From: Phoronis australis
Taxonomy: Eukaryota > Animalia > Phoronida
Reading direction: 5' to 3'
NCBI GenBank assembly: GCA_002633005.1
Contig: NMRA01000075.1
Location: forward strand, 485,950-549,949
DNA length: 64,000 nt
This document shows, in pieces, positions 38,061 through 51,400 of this stretch. The position numbers and the translations under genes were made by a program. Below the pieces are notes generated by a model. The model was not told where the DNA came from and made no database searches. It worked only from the letters and a program-made list of their open reading frames with translations. Positions within the stretch are counted from its first letter, which is position 1; the number at the start of each line of letters is the position of its first letter.

Positions 38061-39185
38061 GTACATAATATCAAATGAAACGGTGAACTCGCTACCCTCA
38101 AAGGCCCATGCACTCAGTTACACTAGAAGCGGCTGTTCCAGGTTTACCGGAATGTGTAAAGCATTTGAAGCTGAGAAGCTACTGTAAAGGTTGCCTATGA
38201 CTTTTAAAGATACTGGGGGTATCTGGATATGTAGCTAAAGGTAATTTCGTTCACAGGGGAGCCTAATGTAGCAATAGATTAGATATTTATTTAATGTATG
38301 ATTGCTCGTTACTACGTCCACGTACAAAAATGCGAAAAATCCTGAGTCCCGAACTGATCTGAGATATCCTGTATGCCCAAGATGGCCCCCTCCTTCCCAC
38401 AAGCATTGGGGATTTTATTCAGAAGTTACTGTTTTTGCTTTGGTTTTGAACATTGAATGAATTCCTTCTAGGCGCCCGGCCTTCACTTTATGATCTAGTG
38501 CTAGCTATTACTATAAAAGGAAGTATTTTATTCTCGTGAAAATACAAATAATAATAATAAACTTAAACAAATAATACTTGTCCTTTTTCAGCTGAGGATG
38601 TTGTAAGCTTGTTATTATTATAAATCACCGTTTTCAGCTAATTGGTGCTAATGTTTTGTTTAGCGTCCGGCACACAGCAACTACCAGGTTGCTGATGTAC
38701 GATCAATGTCCTGGTAACTAAAATACTGTTATGGAGCTGTTGTGGATGACAAAAATTTAAAAGGATAACACTTGCTTTGTCAGTGATAAGTGGGCAGTCC
38801 TCCTCCTGTCCCTTGTTATAATCGTACCGGCGTATCCAGTCACTTGAGTGCTATATTCAACTAAAACTACTGACTAGCTGTCACAGTCGGAACGGATACA
38901 TGTTAGCCGGGTCCTGAACGGCGAGCTGCCCTGGTGTAACGTTTGATCGCCTAATCACAGTGCCGCTTGGCCGTGACAGAGGTTTTGAAATTTACTCCTT
39001 CGAGGTGACGAAGTATCAGTGCTATTGGCTGGATTGGTCATAGTCGTTGTTAATCACCGGCCATAACCGTATTTATTCGAAAGCACAGGTTCTGCTCCTT
39101 AACCTCAGCGTCTACATACCCGGGTTGTGAAAGGGAGGATAGGCCTATCTCCCAGGAGCGAGGTCCCGTCAGAGACGAGTTTGGT

Positions 39186-40706
39186 CATAGATTATAGACA
39201 ACAGATTCGCGGGAAATTCTCGCATCTACTTTACTGTCCAGCACAACGAAAACAAATAATTTCGGCATTGATAAGCTGTTCAAAGCCTTCCAATAGTAGA
39301 AGTGTTGGTATCGTGAGTACTTTTGGCAATGCTTCTGTTAATTAATTACAAAATTCAAACTTCGGTGCCGACTGATTATGTTGTCTGCTTTCACAATTTG
39401 TCATTCATGGTTCAGATACTAAGAAAACTACGAAAACATATGGTGCTCAAATTCTAAGGAGTACCTGTGAATGCAAAAGATACTTATATAACGTTCTTGT
39501 TTTAGAAAATTTTTAATTTTGTTCGGATTAAAAATTGTCTTCTGCAACGATTTCACTGGTCTAACCTTTGTATGGTTATGATTCAACATTTTCAAGTGAG
39601 TAATTCTTCTGGGAAGTGTTAAGTAGCCCTTAAAAGGGCCGTTAATTGTACTGTGCATGAGCCTTAGGTATAGCGTGAAATGGTTCTTAAAAGAACCGTT
39701 GAATATTCAACATGATAAATCACACAGTATACCATGCTCACTCAAGTACTGAAGGCCCTCTTCATTCAATTTTTCATCAGGGAAGGTTGGATGAAAACAG
39801 AGAGGACAATATAGATATGACAGTTGTTACACCTTATATAAATGTTGCTGTTCATCAAAGTTATCACAAACCCTGCCTCTATCAGTTCTTGTTCCTGGAT
39901 TCACAAGTAATCCTGAATCGTATGGAAAAAAAGACACAACAAAAACGAACCAAATTTCGGAAATCATCGTCTTCGCATGATTTAGTGTTGCTGTCGCCAG
40001 ACTCATGTTCCTCCCCAACATCAATCGAAAATCGACATTGCAAGTGATGGAAACTTGTGTCCTTTGTTTCTAACTTTTAACAATTTTTTTGAGAAAGGGT
40101 TGTAATGACTTTGTCTAATGTTGATAAAGCATAACTTTTATTTTTTCCAATGCATTAATCGTGTTAAATGCATTGAAGTGGCCTGATTGAGTTGAACAGA
40201 AAATAAATTACATGTAAACGTAGGCCGAACACAATAAAGTTTTGAAAATAGAGCAGTAACAGGACTCCCTAAGAATCGAGCTGTTTTCGAAAACTTTTCA
40301 CCAATTGTGATCTGAATTGGTTCATGCACTTACGGCGGCAAAATGATAGACCATGGATCGTGCACGTGTGCACTGTAAAAACACTCTGTTTCTTATTCTC
40401 ATTTGGCCAATATGTTGATACAATAAATTTCCTTATTTATGCCCATCCTGATTTGGCCGCAACTTGAGCTTATTAGGTTCTACCATATATTGAGTTGACA
40501 TAGGGACCCACATGGTGCTTACTCCGAATGGGTTTCATTTTACCAACTACTTCAAATTGTGTAGGTGAAGTAAATAAAAAAGTGGGTGATTATCAAAACC
40601 GGAATTTCATCATAATTATCTTTTGCCGAGTGTTTAAATTTTCTGAGATTTAAGGATTGTCACATTTGTAAGGTAGAAGTTTCACTGCACCTCCAGGTCT
40701 GTGGCG
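39186..40706 (+). repeat. Dispersed repeat F (about 1.5 kb), copy 1, with CATAGA...TCT(G/A)TG P-like ends
   Basis: Colinear with 62362-63996 over its whole length. Both copies begin CATAGATTATAGACAACAGATT and end CCAGGTCTRTGGCGTTA. Confidence 0.9.
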
Positions 40707-41065
40707 TTATTTATACCGGACCAAAATTAAAAATGAGGCCCTTGTTTAAATCAAGAGCTGCATAATGCACGTTTTACCACACGTGCGCAGACAGCGCATG
40801 CGGGCCCATTACACTGATCTTTTTGAAACATTTTTATGGTTTATTAATATGTAGATAGGAGCTTGAAACCTGATTCACGGCAATTTTTGCCAATGGGGTT
40901 TTCTGAAAAATGCTCGTAAGTTAATAACAAAGTTTGATAGCAATGCACTGCAATTTTGTAGAAACTCTGTCATAGGTTACATATGCGTCACAGAGCGTAA
41001 ATTTGATGAATTTTAGCTTACGATTTCACGTGTTTCGGAGACCTGGTTTCAACCACTTTTGGGCT

Positions 41066-41136
41066 GTAATAAGCGCACCCCTTCCTGAAGCAGATTTTTC
41101 TAAGCGCCCTGGCCGCTTATTAGGGCGAATACGGTA
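41066..41136. mobile_element. Right end of a Tc1/mariner-pogo-like MITE
   Basis: TAAGCGC subterminal repeats and the terminus CTTATTAGGGCGAATACGG|TA. Confidence 0.5.
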
Positions 41137-41467
41137 ATGCTTCAGAAGGACAATACTTAGTATCCTTTGCACGGAACCCTTTTGTTACATTGGGAGTGGG
41201 ATTGGTTCATTATGTACACTAGAGGAGGCAGAGGACTTTACCAAACAGGTTGAAGAATTTTGTTTTCGTCATAAACGTTTGAAAGGCTTAAGTTTGGAAA
41301 TGTTAGGATTTAAGGCGGAAATTTAAATATCATTTGTCCGCTTACAAAAAATTAACATTGAAGAATAAAACAACCTTCACACCCCTCTGGTGTTCCTGTT
41401 CCATGTTTGCAAAGAAGTTGGTTTTATTTTCATAGACTGCAATGTACTTGGCTAAGATGGTCTAGAG

Positions 41468-41491
41468 CATAGACATCTTGTGATGTCTATG
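41468..41491. mobile_element. 24-bp P-element-like mini-insertion
   Basis: CATAGACATC-TTGT-GATGTCTATG has perfect 10-bp TIRs and is flanked by GTCTAGAG/GTCTTGAG (8-bp TSD, 7/8 match). Confidence 0.7.
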
Positions 41492-41694
41492 GTCTTGAGA
41501 TTTTGTAGACCTTACGGCATATATTCGACAAGAAATGAGTGTGTAACCTATTTTTGAATTGTGAGATAGATTTCAGGAAGGCAAATTGGTTATTTCTGGA
41601 CTATTTATTTGTACACAGATTTATCAATCGGCTGAGTCGGTGATCCAAATTCCGACGAAATGTGCGCATTCTGCTGAGATATTAAACGCCAGAT

Positions 41695-41916
41695 TAGGGC
41701 CTGTGGCCAGTACGGGGAGGGTTAAGGATTCGAACGAATCCGAAGCGCGTAGCCGAGCGGAAGGAAGATCGGGGGGTTTCTCCCCTCTCCTGTCAGATTT
41801 TCGTGGTTTTTAGTAACTGATTTCGTTTTTCTGGCGAATTTTTTTCAATTTTTATTTTTGATCCTGTCCCGAGGGGCGGGGGCTTGAACCCCATAAACCG
41901 CCCGTATCCGCCTCTG
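41695..41916. mobile_element. Degenerate hAT-like MITE
   Basis: Right end GTATCCGCCTCTG and G/C-run subtermini like the other MITEs in the window. The left end is decayed and no TSD is visible. Confidence 0.45.
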
Positions 41917-42734
41917 AGGGACAGCGAAGATGACTAATTTGGTTAAATCGCACACTAGGCTATGGCTGAAGTTCCTCGTAAGGACAGGAGTTCGTGGATC
42001 ACTATCTTTTGAAAAGTTTTTCTCACACAGCCGATTATGGGGTCTTCGTACGCTATGGAAGCTAACGCCTTTGCATTTCGCCTGTGTGGCCAACGCCCGG
42101 CCGGCCAGACACAGCGACCAACCATGCTGAAGACGTACTTGCCGGAAATAACACCATATAATTTGGCCAGGTGACGCCAGTAAATAATGACGTAACGGCT
42201 TGTGCAAAACCTCACAGATTTCGTCCATTGAAAGTATATACGGAATTGCCGGTCCATGTACTATAGTCTATGGTTTGATCGAGGCCTGCCGAGTTCGGTG
42301 ACACGACGTCCCGGCTACCCAGCAAACCCAAGTTATGCGGAAAATGAATCTGCAGGCACATGCATGTGTATTCGACCCACTGACTGGTTAAAATGTACTG
42401 AAGTTTCACTCTGAGGAAGCATTCTCTTTCCGCATATCAATAGTGAATTAGCCTTGTCTGTTATAAAGTAATCATTCGGATCGCCGTTAGAGGTCACGAT
42501 CCGCAGACGAGTTTGTCTTTATTGATGTAGGTTTTGAATAAATCTCATTTGCCTGTCATGTATAGTAGCAAATTATTTTGGTGCGTGCGTGCATGCAAAT
42601 AATCTGGTTTCACACGAAATAAAGAACACCTAAAACACCAAATAACTTTCTGATATTTTTAATGAAAACTTAACACCTGAATAATGAGGTATTAAGCAAA
42701 AGTTATAAATACCCTTTCCGCCAGGTTAGTTAAC

Positions 42735-42843
42735 CTGGTTTCTCTTCAATCTACGCATAATTCTTTCGCCTTTTACTAAAGATTTCCGTGGAGAGGAACA
42801 TTACTATGAGTCTATAGACTATTTTTGGAACCCTCGAAAGAGG
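42735..42843 (+). repeat. Dispersed repeat E, copy 2
   Basis: Nearly identical to 37952-38060. Confidence 0.9.
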
Positions 42844-45343
42844 TTGCATATCACCAAAGTAAGAATGATAACCCAAATTGCACGGAAGCGTGGTTCTTGT
42901 TGATCAGACGGGTTCCATTCGTGTCCGAGAAATACTCTTGCTCAATGTGCACTGGACTTTTCAATTTCGTAACTAATAATTGATTTGGTATTGTTTTGAA
43001 GCATTGAATAGAATTCACTCTCGAAATTCAAAAAGTAGTTCCCTTTGCAGTGTTTTGTATTGACCTGGTGAGATGCACACTCCCATTAGAGTAAACGGCG
43101 GCAATTAGTGTTACGTCGCGTTCTTATTCTTGGCGACAAAGAAGCCCATCGTATAATGCATGTGTGACGACCCGCTAACAGGTTGGAATGACCTTGCATC
43201 CAACGGAAAACTGGCTTGATACATACATACATGTACGTGTGATAGTAAAACAAATAGTTAATGGAAGACAACCCCCGGGGGAAGGTGGGCGGAGGTTGTA
43301 CTGCAACTGAAGATCAGTTTGTGTAGTATAATGTAGGTGTCTTCTGTCCTTACGTTCTTTGACTAAACGACAAGTAAACATAGCACACTCACAATGTAAG
43401 ATAAACAGGAACACGTACACAGGCTGGTGTGCCAAAGTTTCCGTTTTTTATTCCCACTCTCAACAAAATAGTTTTCCTGTCCGTGGGCTAGAGGCTAGGA
43501 CTATCTCCCAGGTTAGAGGATAGATGGATGTAACATTATTTGCACTGGGGGATCTATGGTGTCTCAAGGAGGGGGTGGGGGAAGGGGGAGGTCTACCGGA
43601 TATGCTTAAGGAAAAGAGTCCACGAATCCTTGCAAAAAAGCCGAATGCCGACGGCGTTGTTCGGGTCGTGTCAGCCTCCTCAGTGGGACCCCATAAATCC
43701 GCTTTATATGATTTGAATCCACTAAAGATCGTGTTCACATTTGGATTGATTTCTCTTTTAGAGCAAATTAACTGGAGTCTACTCCGAACAGTGTCTGAAA
43801 CTATCCGAAAACACAGACGCAGTAAGTGTACTTTATTAGGCGCAAGACTGAACTTACAAAAACACGACGGATTTCATTGTTTTATAGCTTTGGTGAAAGC
43901 TAGTAATTTCGAAAGGCCTGTCTTATGATAATAACAATAACACCAACATGAGTTTTCGGCAGTAAAACAAGTGATGTCCTTCCCCTCTCGTGCATACCTG
44001 CAAAGTAAGGTTATAACATTTACCGAAAGATGGCACTGCATGATTCTGGACTCGGCATTAAGATAGACGCAGTATCATGTCAGCCAAGGGCATTCTGGGC
44101 GTTTTATTTCAATCCTTTGCAACTCATGGCAATGGATCAGAAAGCACTGACACAAGTTTGGAAAATCAATGCCCTTTTGGAGAAAGTTGATGTTTATCAC
44201 TCCATAGTGGGCTAAGATAAACTTACCTGGTGGAAACGTTTGACTGTTTCATGACGTGACATGTGTTGCATTTTTCAACAATAGCAACGCGTGTACTAAG
44301 GTCATCGTTGATATCAAGCGTATGAAATTTAAGCAATCAGAGCATGGTAATGCCTTGTGTCAAGAAAATATAGTTTTTTGATTCAATTTATCGTAGTCCA
44401 CGGCTCAGTTACGTGAGAGTTAGGTGTGGGTAATGACCGATCGTTGCATCATCACGCCTCACATTGTTATTGCTCAACATTATACTTAACGTCATTCAAC
44501 AACCGAACTTATCCAGTATTGACCCAATTCACGCGGCGGACACTAAAATCTAAAGCAAGGCTCACTGTGATAACCAAAGCGGAAATTCACATTGCCTGAG
44601 TTAAAAGGGCGGTCTTTGGAGTCCATCCTGAATATTAAATCTTAAAAAATGTGTCAATAATTAACCACAGAGACGTAGAAAAATATAGTTAAAGAACAAG
44701 TCAATGCACCAAAGAGTTGTCTGACGAAAGGATATAAGTTTTTTTCCGGAAAACTAGGTTCGAAACATGAAAAGTAAACATGATCAAAGTGCGGCGATCG
44801 TAGTGTTACAGATTAGGTATCATGCTGAATGCAGGGTTACGTTTCTTCTAATAATTTCTTGATAAAAATGCTTTCTACATGAACCAGGTCATCTGGTCAT
44901 ACTGTTGACGAGTTGAAGATATATTCGACAGTGGTGGCTCACAGCATTTTGCTGTGACAGTCATGTGGAATTAGTCACATCTGGTTGAATTTGTTGATCA
45001 AGAGTTGACGGAACTATTAGCTTCAAGCATAGCCTATATCCTGGTGAGGTAGGCACTACCGGGACTAACACTTGATTTGTCATTGATCTGAAATAATACT
45101 TGATGTTATTAAATACACTGTATATGTTTTGATTACGATAAAAAACCAGGCTCGCAATTGAAAATAAAAATTATATGACCATCAATTCTGCTTTCCTGGT
45201 TTTGATAATTACATCTATTTCATGTGTTATATTTTTCAAATATCAATCTCGACCAAGTTGAATTTCAAAATTAAAACACCTTATTCTTTCGTCGAAAGCA
45301 TAACCTCGTTTTAGAGCTCAATTTCACTTAACTGGACAGAACA

Positions 45344-45502
45344 CAGTGGCGGATTTAGAGGGGAGCCAAGGGGGCTATGCCCCCCTCATAAAATTATCCC
45401 AGATTCCATTTGGCAGTTTAGGAGCGCGAATGTCTGATGGGCAAAATCCTGGCTAATACTCTGCCTTGCCCCCCCCCCAACTCAAAGTCCTGGATCCCCC
45501 TG
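45344..45502 (+). mobile_element. hAT-like MITE (same family as 7900 and 52873)
   Basis: CAGTGGCGGATTTAGAGGGG...CCTGGATCCCCCTG with flanks GAACA/GAAGG. Confidence 0.8.
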
Positions 45503-45694
45503 GAAGGAGCATAGTTATCATGTTTCTTCAGAGGTCTCGTTCATATCCGAGGGGAAAGATGCCTGTGCGGCCTTCTGAGAGGAGAACGTTTCGCCGAGTG
45601 ACGGGTCAGTGAAAAATCTACTGACCTCCCGATCACCATCAATAGCACCCCGCCCTGTTTCGAGCTCTCACAGCTCTGTCTCAAGCAGTATTTT

Positions 45695-45984
45695 CAGTGG
45701 CTGATCTAGGATACCATGAGGGGGTGACCCGACATCCTTGGAGCTAGAAGCAGGCAAAGCGCGATTGTATGCACGCAGGCGGCCCGGAAGTTGCGGGCGC
45801 CGAGGATGTATACCGTCTGCTAAGGAAATCTTTCGTTGAACTAAAAAAACGTCCGCTACCTGTCCTAGCTCGAACTAAGTATAGTCAGGCAGTCCTCCTG
45901 CTTCACGTTTTGCTGGTTTATTTTGCTTGCGGCAGTCAAGGGGAGGGGGGCCCAGGGGCCTGGCCACCCCTAAATCCGCCAATG
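45695..45984. mobile_element. hAT-like MITE with perfect 5-bp TSD
   Basis: TIRs CAGTGGCTGATCTAGG/CCTAAATCCGCCAATG with flanks ATTTT/ATTTT. Confidence 0.8.
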
Positions 45985-46681
45985 ATTTTGTACTTTTTCA
46001 AATTGTCACCTCTGTGGTCACAGGTGAACCGTTCGAGAGAAATTTTCAATCACTAAAGGAATTTTTAGGCCTCGTGGCCGGGGACCGGAATTTCGCGTGA
46101 TTTTTCAATATTTTTGAGAAGGGACGATATTTGGCCCCAAAATTGAGGGATTGAGGGCCCTGCCCTTTTTGGTAAAGAAAATACATCAGGCTTCAACCCA
46201 TAGTCATGAAAACACAGCCTGGCTGGCCGAAGATTCTCCGGTCCTCGTTGCTATGGCAACATCCGAGATGCGACAAATTATGATTCGAAAACAGTTATGA
46301 ATTTTACACGCACATATTTTCCTTCGTCGCGGCGTATGGCAAGGACCCAACGCTTCAGAATCCCAAAGTCCTTAGGTATTGCAAAACAGACAGTTGAGTG
46401 TCCGTATTTTTCCTAGGTGTTCGAGCAATGCGGAGACAACTACGCGGATAAGCCATCAGAGCTATCGTAGCGAGCCTCGTTTTGAACACGCTTCCTGTCG
46501 GCGTGAATAGTTTCTATATATGTCTTGATAACTTATGCAACACAGTCCAGGCCCGATACTGCATTAAACCTTACTTAGTCCCTTAAATTACTGGAGAATA
46601 AATAAATTGACCAGGCTTCTCATAACTTTTGGGCGGGAGGGCCACTGCTCCGCCTGATTGGATATTCGTGTTCACCCAGTG

Positions 46682-46755
46682 GTCCCGATGGCTCAGTGGA
46701 TTGGAGTGTCTGCACGTTGAGCGGCACCTTCCGGGTTCGAGTCCCGGTCGGGGCA
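46682..46755 (+). tRNA. tRNA-like gene or pseudogene (GTT/Asn-like anticodon with a non-canonical loop)
   Basis: Acceptor GTCCCGA/TCGGGGC, D stem GCTC/GAGT and T arm CCGGG-TTCGAGT-CCCGG all pair, with intact A and B boxes. The anticodon loop ACGTTGA lacks U33. Confidence 0.6.
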
Positions 46756-48099
46756 AAAAACTTTCGAGACTTATACTTATTCGGTCACATGATGTGACAC
46801 ACGTGATGTGACCAGCAGGTGGCGTGCAGACTAGTCTTAAAGAAAGTTAACCTTTTTGCTAACTGCTGAGAGTATTTGTTCATGTTTTGAATTATGTCTA
46901 AACCAGCTGAAAGCGTACTCAACCAAAACCACTCGAAATTACGAGTATTTCCCAGATTTCTGAGTAGTACGCAAGACAGCGTGACCACAAACATTAACTG
47001 AAAAAACTTTCAAGCATATTGTCGAAAAAATACTCGAAAACTCCAAGACGTAGCGCACATGAAAAAGTACCCATTCAGTAAAAATTACAATTTCTTTGAA
47101 GCCTTAAAAGGTCATGGTCACATGATAATTTTCCACTGTTTTTTCTCCAAAAATATACAAAACAGTCAAAACAGGCAAGTTTTGAAGATGCGGCCGTTCT
47201 TTGTCCAGAATAATGATCATTTCGATTTTCTTTTTCAACTCTGATATAGCGGAGAAATCAATTTCGTCCTCAGCAAAACCTGATTTGCATCCACAATTTC
47301 AGTATTTTTAAAATTTTATCGTAAATATTTATATCAAATATCACATTTTGTCATGTTAATGATACAGCTATTTTGTTTTCAAACGTACGTTTTTGCCAAA
47401 TTTCGAGAGAAGTTATAGCCACCTGACCCTTCAATAGCTGATTGGTATTATGACGAAATTTGAATTCTACATGTACGTGTTGTTTCGTTAAAAATGTGTG
47501 TTTATGTACATGTAGCTATTCTCTAAAGTTTTTATAAATATTTGGCTACATGCCAAATGACTGTGTTAACGATAACCGTGACTTTTAAAGTTAGTTCTAC
47601 AGTTCGCATTCCCGGAATTTCAGTGACATGAAAAGTTAATCATAAAATATTGGTAAGGGGGGGACCTAATTAGAACACTGAAATGAATTCATTTTGAAAT
47701 TTTTTCCAACTAAATTAATTCGACACAGCTCTAAAAGTCACGCGAAGCATAATTCCTTCCTTTTTCCCTGGTGTTTTGGTTGCTTTACTTCTCAGAACAA
47801 AAAATCATAACGCAACGTATGTTCAAAACATAACGATTTCTGCAAGTATTCCTTGCGACTAAACAAAAACACGCCATATATCATGGTTAGGGGCGAGTGT
47901 AGTAGATGTATGTTGTATACAGTTTGTACATACTGTATACTCAAGTCTATTGTTTGCTGGACAAGGCTGCTTGAGATTGGTTTGGAGCGTTATGGTTAAT
48001 GGTTATACGGACTGGGTGAGGTACATGTTGATTTCTTTTCACAATTTCGTCAGAGATTACAAAATTGGCACTCCCTAATTAATAATTCGGTTAAATATC

Positions 48100-48420
48100 A
48101 GCTCTATTGTACTTTCAAAACGGAACTACATTGTTAACAATACCTGTATTTTTGGACCCCTACTTAACGCAAATACTTGCCGGTTTTAGGTGTTCAATGC
48201 GCAATCTTAACATTGAAACTGGGCGTCACGAAGGTCCAATGGAAGAAGAGACAATTTGTGGAATTTCCAATACTGGTCAAGTTGAAAACGAGATTCATTT
48301 TATGTGTCACTGTCCTGTCCTTATATCAATGTCACACTGTAGATGGTTCTCTACTCTGTTTATCTTGTGTACTGAACTATTTATATGAACGAAGGATTGA
48401 AAAAAACACGCTGCTTTGAG
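48100..48420 (+). mobile_element. 3' fragment of a non-LTR retrotransposon ORF2 (degenerate)
   Basis: LAGFRCSMRNLNIETGRH...ETICGIS..GQVENEIHFMCHCP matches the LINE C-terminal motif L..FR.....L.IETGR....R.C..C....E.E.HF...CP. Confidence 0.85.
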
Positions 48421-50470
48421 TATCCGTGAACATCACTCGTAAATTTTTGGTGGCGCTGAACGTATGTCTGCGCCAGATATCAGAGGAGAAATGTTACATT
48501 TTGTACCCGATTTATTGTGCGTGGGTCGAAATCTTCATTGACAATTGATGCGTAGTAAATTAAGTTTCACTAAATTAACGTGTTTTAAAACACAGATCTA
48601 CCGTGTCGTTAACTGCGCAAGCAATCAAGGCATAACTGTAATTGAGTTTCTGATGATTGTGTAAGTTGCTTAGGACTACTACGGAATCGGCTAATGAATT
48701 AATTTTGTTTCATTTCCAAATGGATTGGCTTTAAATGAGTAAGTCATCCGCTGATCCTATCGAGCATCGAATTAGAAAGGCTCTTGTAGCAGATTCTGCA
48801 ATGTAGATGGTTCTCCACTCTGGTTACCTCTGGTGTTAGTAACGCCTGGTGCCAGACGCTGCAGCTCAGCTGTTGTAGTTCACGCATGCGCGTTTTTCCG
48901 TCTTGGCAATAAAGTTCGTATGCCATGTCTTTCACTTTTGCTTTTGATCTGAAGTTAGCAACAGCATCTACCTTCAGCATCGACGGGTAATGAGAAATTG
49001 TGTGGAAACATCTTCATGTTTTTTTCAAAAGGATTCTTTGTTGACATTTCCAAATCTTGTTTCGAGAATGTCCCGCAGGGTGAAATTACATATTTTCACT
49101 TTCTAGTTGAGGACATATCTAACCCCTACCGATTTTAGCGTTCTCCTAAGTTTGTGCGACCCATGTCAGACCAGCATTGCCAAGTTTTACCCAATCATAT
49201 CATCTGCTACGCCCCACATTACGTAAACAGTATCTGTGGCGTTGGCCGACACCCTCCCCAGCTGTTGTAACCCTCACCGTTTAAGTATGTAAAGTCATGT
49301 ACATGTATAGGGAACACGTAAACTGTGTTTCACGCTATTTTTTTGGGAAATCGCCGGCTATGCGTTGGAAGTTCTGGTTCCTTCACCGGAGAAATAAAGC
49401 AACACTGTCCAGGACACCGGCGTTCTTTTTGCTTTATTTCCATCCGAAATTAAGGAGCTGCGGAATTCGACGTTGTATGTCTTTACACATTCATTTGTAT
49501 TGATTGCTTATAATCTAATTTACTTAGAACAAACTCATTTCTCGAAACACGTACTACACTTACCTATGTTTCCAGAATGCAACATACTAGAAACATTAAC
49601 GGGAGTTATCGTTTTTGCGACCGAAAAACGCAATGTTGGGATTATTTGTGAATGGAAAAAACGTCTTGAAAAGCAGAGGTCGGTTTTATGAAAAGTGATA
49701 TAAGCCTGAAAGCAGAAATCTAGTCTTAAGTTACGCTCCACTTCACAAAGGTTTAGTTGCATAGTCATTAGCACATCACTGCTGGAGAATCGTTTGTACA
49801 ATTTTTCTCAGTGAGTAGCGATTATGGATATACATGTATTCTTCTTCTGCTGAAGCGAATTTTAACGATTTTTCAGACATAATTGTGAGGAGCGTAAGAC
49901 ATTTCTTCAACTTAAATCTTCCATCAATTTTCATGAAGCAGGTCCCAGAGCTATTTAATAACAAAATCCTTTTCGTTTTTGTGATTTTATTACAAATCGC
50001 CTATTCTCGCCGTTGTCTGGCAGACTTTCGCTGAAATCAAGGCCGACGGCGTCAGTACTTGAGTACGCTTAAAATACCCTCACATATAAGGCGTGGAATT
50101 TGACTCAATGCTAGAGCTTTCGGGTGCCGCTGCAGGTGAAGTGGGTACCCTCTGACACAGCGCCACCTACAGTATACGGAAAAGTGGCTCTGTGGAAGCA
50201 TGATGAACGACACACGGAATTCCGTGTGTGGGCATTAATGCGCATGCTTGTTTATCGATCACATCGACACTATACTTGCACACGCTGTCTGTGCAGTGAA
50301 CTTGTTTGGGGTTCCTTGCTTTTGATTACTCCGATCACTCCCCGTTTTAATAAACTGCAACTATAAAACCGAAAGGCGTTTCTCAGATTTCAACCAATGG
50401 GAATGACTGAATGTTACGACGCCAGTTCTTATACTTTAACCATTGGGAAGTCATGATGAAGAACTTTCCA

Positions 50471-51077
50471 CACTCGCTGGTTCCCTGCGAGCCGCAAGGT
50501 GGTCAGCAGCCAACACACAGTTATCACTCACATGTAATTTTCCTCAGGAATTTTTTACACCGGCGTTTCTGATTGGCAAGTCGAATTCTCAACAGACAGC
50601 GCTTTGCGCAAACAAAGTAGCATGGCAGATGGACTGGAGTGTAAGTGTGGTCTGTTCTGCAGACAAATCGATGCTTCAAATTTATGTTCAGGAAATGTGA
50701 ATCCTAGAAATTGCGTGGTTGCGCCTTTTTGGAGTGCATCTTTCTACTGTCGATGACTTTGTTTACTATAGTGTCCTGTATTCATGCAGTATGAATAACA
50801 CAGCTGCATTAAATCGGCCAGATATACGCGTACATGTATGTGTTTATGGTACATGTGTGTGGTTCAATCACGCGGCTATTAAACACCACTGCAGAAACGA
50901 AATAATTGCTGCGACGTCACTTGCATGACAAGGCTAAAAATCGTTCACAGTCCGCCATTTTTCTCACGGTGTTGTAAAGCTAACCAGTGACTGCTGAGGT
51001 TACATCAACCAATGCTAAAGCGCGTGCCACTGTGTGATACCTGCGTGTTGGCTAGGCAAGTAGGGAACCAGCGAGCG
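50471..51077. mobile_element. MITE of about 600 bp with bipartite TIRs
   Basis: CACTCGCTGGTTCCCTGC and GTAGGGAACCAGCGAGCG match at 16/18. An inner pair AGCCAACACACAGTTATCAC / GTGATACCTGCGTGTTGGCT extends the TIR. Confidence 0.75.
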
Positions 51078-51128
51078 GCATTCCAGTACATCTAAATGTT
51101 GATAATCTCATACCAGTTAAATTCAATG

Positions 51129-51400
51129 GATACTAAACCCTGTTTTGATGATTTCAACTAATCTTCATTCTCTCACTTGGTAATCGGCATCAGTAACGTC
51201 AATCTTGAACGACGAAAGCAGAATTCAACTAAAAACGAATACTCCCTATGTCACAGATTGAATATTATGGTTCTTGGTGGGTGGTCTTTCGCCACAGTTG
51301 TCATGTAATTTGCTAAGAGCGTAGGCCACACTTGCCCGTTTAGCAAGCTTTTCAAATATTTATCTAAATTTTAAAGGTTGTCGGGGATTACAGAGTACCA
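51129..51400 (+). repeat. Repeat family C, copy 2
   Basis: Homologous to the reverse complement of 140-415. Confidence 0.7.

Noticed and set aside
46054-46586. Possible TTAA-flanked element next to the tRNA-like fold
   Set aside because: Terminal similarity is too weak (CTAA-AGGA versus TTAA-GGGA) to define an element.
48744-49964. Coding-like minus-strand ORF fragments
   Set aside because: Many stops and no motif I can identify. It may be decayed TE sequence, but I cannot support a call.
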